From contig JBEQLE010000003.1 in NCBI GenBank assembly GCA_040326155.1, forward strand, positions 32,001 to 96,000: DNA of 64,000 nucleotides, in the 5' to 3' direction. The notes under the pieces are model-generated. The model was not told the origin of the DNA. It was given only the letters and a program-made list of their open reading frames with translations, and made no database searches. This DNA is from Leptospirales bacterium. GTDB taxonomy: Bacteria > Spirochaetota > Leptospiria > Turneriellales > JAOUFE01. The position numbers and the translations under genes are program-made. Each line of letters starts with the position of its first letter. Position 1 is the stretch's first letter. This document shows, in pieces, positions 61,222 to 64,000 of the stretch.

Positions 61222-63081
61222 ATGAACTTCAAACTCGATAAAGAATACTCCGCACGAATAAACCTGTTGCTGGAAAGAACCATACCGGAAGATCGAAGCA
61301 CTCTTCAGGCGCTTTTGAGTGAACCTCCGACGCAATGGGTAGAAACCCTCTCTTCTATTTTGGAAACCGGCACTTTTTCGCTCAAGAATATCTGGTACCA
61401 CTCTCGAAGAGACCCTGTTCGGGAAGTAAACCGGGTAGTTGACGCAATGGTGAAAAATAACCGTACGGGGGCTATTTTACTCGGAGCAGGCCTCGGTTAT
61501 CTGGTAAAAGAACTACTAATCAATAAAACTATTGAATTTATTGCCTGGATAGAACCCGACGCTGAAATGGTTTTTTACTTTCTGAACTTGTTTTCATTAG
61601 AAAAAATACTCTCAGAGACAGAAGCGGAGTTTATTTTACTACACAAAGGTGAAAATAATAACCTGGAAGAGCTGGTTCGATTGCTTCGGGGGAAAAATCT
61701 CGATAAAGTGGAAGTTATTCCACATACACCCTCGAAAAAAGCGCATCCTGAAAAATATCTTGGTTTAGAGCCTAAATTAAAAGAAATACTTGAAATTCGT
61801 ACCATCAACCAGGCTACGATCATAAAATTCCAAAACCTCTGGAATTCGAATATCGCTCTAAATGTTGGGGCTATTTTGCAAGGTTTAACTTTAAATGAAT
61901 TTATCGATACATATAATTCGAAATTCACAAATATTGTTATTTGCGGAGCTGGTCCTTCCTTATGTGATTCCATTGAAAATTTAAAAATAAATCGTAATAA
62001 CTATTTTCTGATCTGTGCAGACACGGCCTTTTTGCCGCTCGTCCGGGGGGGCGTAACGCCCGACCTTGTCATCGGAGCCGACCCACAATCGATAAATCGA
62101 TATTTTGCATACCACGCTGCTGCTACCGAAACAATGTGGATGCTAGACCCGGTTGTCAGCTACCAAATGGTACATTACCTTCAACAAAGAAAAGCGAAAA
62201 TCTTCTGGTGGGATAACCCGTTTTACCTGGATGAGATGGTCCGAAATCTGTATGGTGACCGAGGAGTTATTGCCCATGGGGGATCTGCAAGTACGAACGC
62301 TTTTGACCTGGCCATAAAGCTTGGCGCTGAAAAAATTATTCTTGTCGGACAAGATCTCGCTTATACGCATAACCTTGCACACACAAGAGGGGCGGCCCTG
62401 GAAGAAAGAGTATTTCACTCGTATAACAGATTTTCAAATTATGAAATGGTAAATTACAAGCAAATGAAAGCGCATCCCCTGGTGAAAATTGAACCGATAA
62501 AACCACAAAACGAAACACTATTTTCCACCGCGAAGTTAAATATTTTTGTTAAATGGTTTGAACAGCAAGCCGCACAAATTATTTCCAAAAAAACTCGAAA
62601 ACCTGTATTGTTTAATGCTACTAAACAAGGAATTCGACTTAAACATTTTTCCTATAAACCTTTAGAGGAAATATTAACCGAAAAAAACAACTTAAAACCG
62701 GAATTAATAAGCAAAAGCAGCAAACAGTGTGATTATACAAAGTTAAAAACCAAATTAGCAACGCTAAAAAAAGACACCTTGAATCTGGAAGAGTTATATC
62801 GTAAAAACCTGAAACACCAGAAAGATCTGGAAAATTCACATAATCCTGCCACGAAAAGCCAAATTCTGGCTTCCATGAAAAAAGTAGATAATCGTATATC
62901 TTCCTTTCCGGAAGTAAATAAAATTCTCGGACTAAATGCCCAACATATAATATTACAGATTACTGAATCGGACAAAGGAAAAAGTAACGATGCAGAAAGT
63001 CTTTATAAAACCATGATCCTTTCGGCAAAACGAACTTCTTATCTTTTTAAAAAAGCTTTAACATACATATCGCTCCGCTAA
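61222..63081 (+). CDS. Motility accessory factor (Maf/DUF115) glycosyltransferase family protein
   Basis: GAGLGY, GAGPSL, ADTA, GGSAS, LVGQDLAY, FNAT..G. Confidence 0.88.
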   Translation: MNFKLDKEYSARINLLLERTIPEDRSTLQALLSEPPTQWVETLSSILETGTFSLKNIWYHSRRDPVREVNRVVDAMVKNNRTGAILLGAGLGYLVKELLINKTIEFIAWIEPDAEMVFYFLNLFSLEKILSETEAEFILLHKGENNNLEELVRLLRGKNLDKVEVIPHTPSKKAHPEKYLGLEPKLKEILEIRTINQATIIKFQNLWNSNIALNVGAILQGLTLNEFIDTYNSKFTNIVICGAGPSLCDSIENLKINRNNYFLICADTAFLPLVRGGVTPDLVIGADPQSINRYFAYHAAATETMWMLDPVVSYQMVHYLQQRKAKIFWWDNPFYLDEMVRNLYGDRGVIAHGGSASTNAFDLAIKLGAEKIILVGQDLAYTHNLAHTRGAALEERVFHSYNRFSNYEMVNYKQMKAHPLVKIEPIKPQNETLFSTAKLNIFVKWFEQQAAQIISKKTRKPVLFNATKQGIRLKHFSYKPLEEILTEKNNLKPELISKSSKQCDYTKLKTKLATLKKDTLNLEELYRKNLKHQKDLENSHNPATKSQILASMKKVDNRISSFPEVNKILGLNAQHIILQITESDKGKSNDAESLYKTMILSAKRTSYLFKKALTYISLR

Positions 63082-63196
63082 GATATAGACTCTTTTGTAA
63101 CACTTTTTCTGTGAAAAAGAGTATACTTATCGGGCTTTATTATAAATATTACCAATGAGTCCGTTTTTACTGGATACATAATACATTCATGAGATT

Positions 63197-64000
63197 ATGA
63201 AAAAGATTTTTTACAAACGACGTTTCCGACTTCCCGTATGGATGCAAATCTACGTTATCTGGTGGGTAGCTGTAATTATTACTGTTCCACTGATTTTCTA
63301 CTGGGGTACATATGAAGCAGGAGACTTCGATTCCAGAAAAAAAATTATTCAAAATCCTGTTTTTAATACCGAAACCGTCAAAAATAAATTACAATATGTT
63401 GAGCAAAACTTATACCCTGGCACTGTTTTTTCAACAACTGCGCTGCAAAATGGAAAAACAGCTCTGGGAATTGGAAAATGGATAGTTGAAACACGAACCC
63501 AAAAACAACACGATATAAAATGTTCTTATACTTCCGTTTATAAACCCGGTACCAACCATCAGAATATTGTACTTGGCATTCCTATTGAAAATCATGGTGA
63601 AATCGCCAAAGCCGCAATGATCACTATGGCTTCTCTGAATAACATAGAAACCAAAGCATCAATTTACTATCTGTTCTATAGCGATCATTATCGTTGTTTT
63701 GAAGGGTTTAACCTGGTAGCAAATATACCCGGTTTAACAGCTACAGCAAACTATATTTTCTACTCTAAACGAAATAGCGCTGATTCTGGAGTTGCCATTA
63801 ACGGAACAATGAGAAACGTCAGTTCCACAAACTGGCAATTTGCTCTGCCATCCTTTACAATAATTCCTGGATTCTTAAAACAATTAGGCGTAACACTTTC
63901 TCCGGTTTTTCAGGGTCCCGAAGGGGCTCTTTTAAGTCTCAACGAATCCGCTATCGGGTTTTTCTATGCAAATTCACCTGAAGATGTAAATACTACGATT
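63197..64000 (+). CDS. Hypothetical membrane-anchored protein (3' truncated by window edge)
   Basis: ATG at 63197, frame open to window end (MKKIFYKRRFRLPVWMQIYVIWWVAVIITVPLIFYW...); absent from the ORF track because it has no stop. Confidence 0.7.
   Translation, partial: MKKIFYKRRFRLPVWMQIYVIWWVAVIITVPLIFYWGTYEAGDFDSRKKIIQNPVFNTETVKNKLQYVEQNLYPGTVFSTTALQNGKTALGIGKWIVETRTQKQHDIKCSYTSVYKPGTNHQNIVLGIPIENHGEIAKAAMITMASLNNIETKASIYYLFYSDHYRCFEGFNLVANIPGLTATANYIFYSKRNSADSGVAINGTMRNVSSTNWQFALPSFTIIPGFLKQLGVTLSPVFQGPEGALLSLNESAIGFFYANSPEDVNTTI

Overview
AT-rich bacterial chromosomal segment. The gene content suggests a Leptospirales-like spirochaete (inference from several STAS, PP2C and PilZ signalling genes, many lipoproteins and a Maf glycosyltransferase). 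Housekeeping content: complete F0F1 atp operon, thrS, tRNA-Val(GAC), tmRNA, manC, feoB, split class I fumarase, cinA, alr, kdsA, hemH, pdxH, panD and a DksA-family gene. Accessory patches: (1) a Fic + VapBC insert between polysaccharide genes, followed by a ~220-nt strongly structured segment with a 16-codon sORF; (2) a 7-blade beta-propeller lipoprotein gene bracketed by 81-bp direct repeats, beside two gene relics; (3) an orphan adenine methyltransferase; (4) an ankyrin/clan CD protease fusion; (5) an HExxH metalloprotease lipoprotein followed by three paralogous small anchored beta-rich proteins; (6) a PP2C phosphatase paired with a degenerate paralog. A diverged ~82-nt hairpin-forming element appears to occur twice in intergenic DNA. 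I found no CRISPR array, integrase, transposase, reverse transcriptase or rRNA. All calls come from reading motifs by eye; no searches were run.
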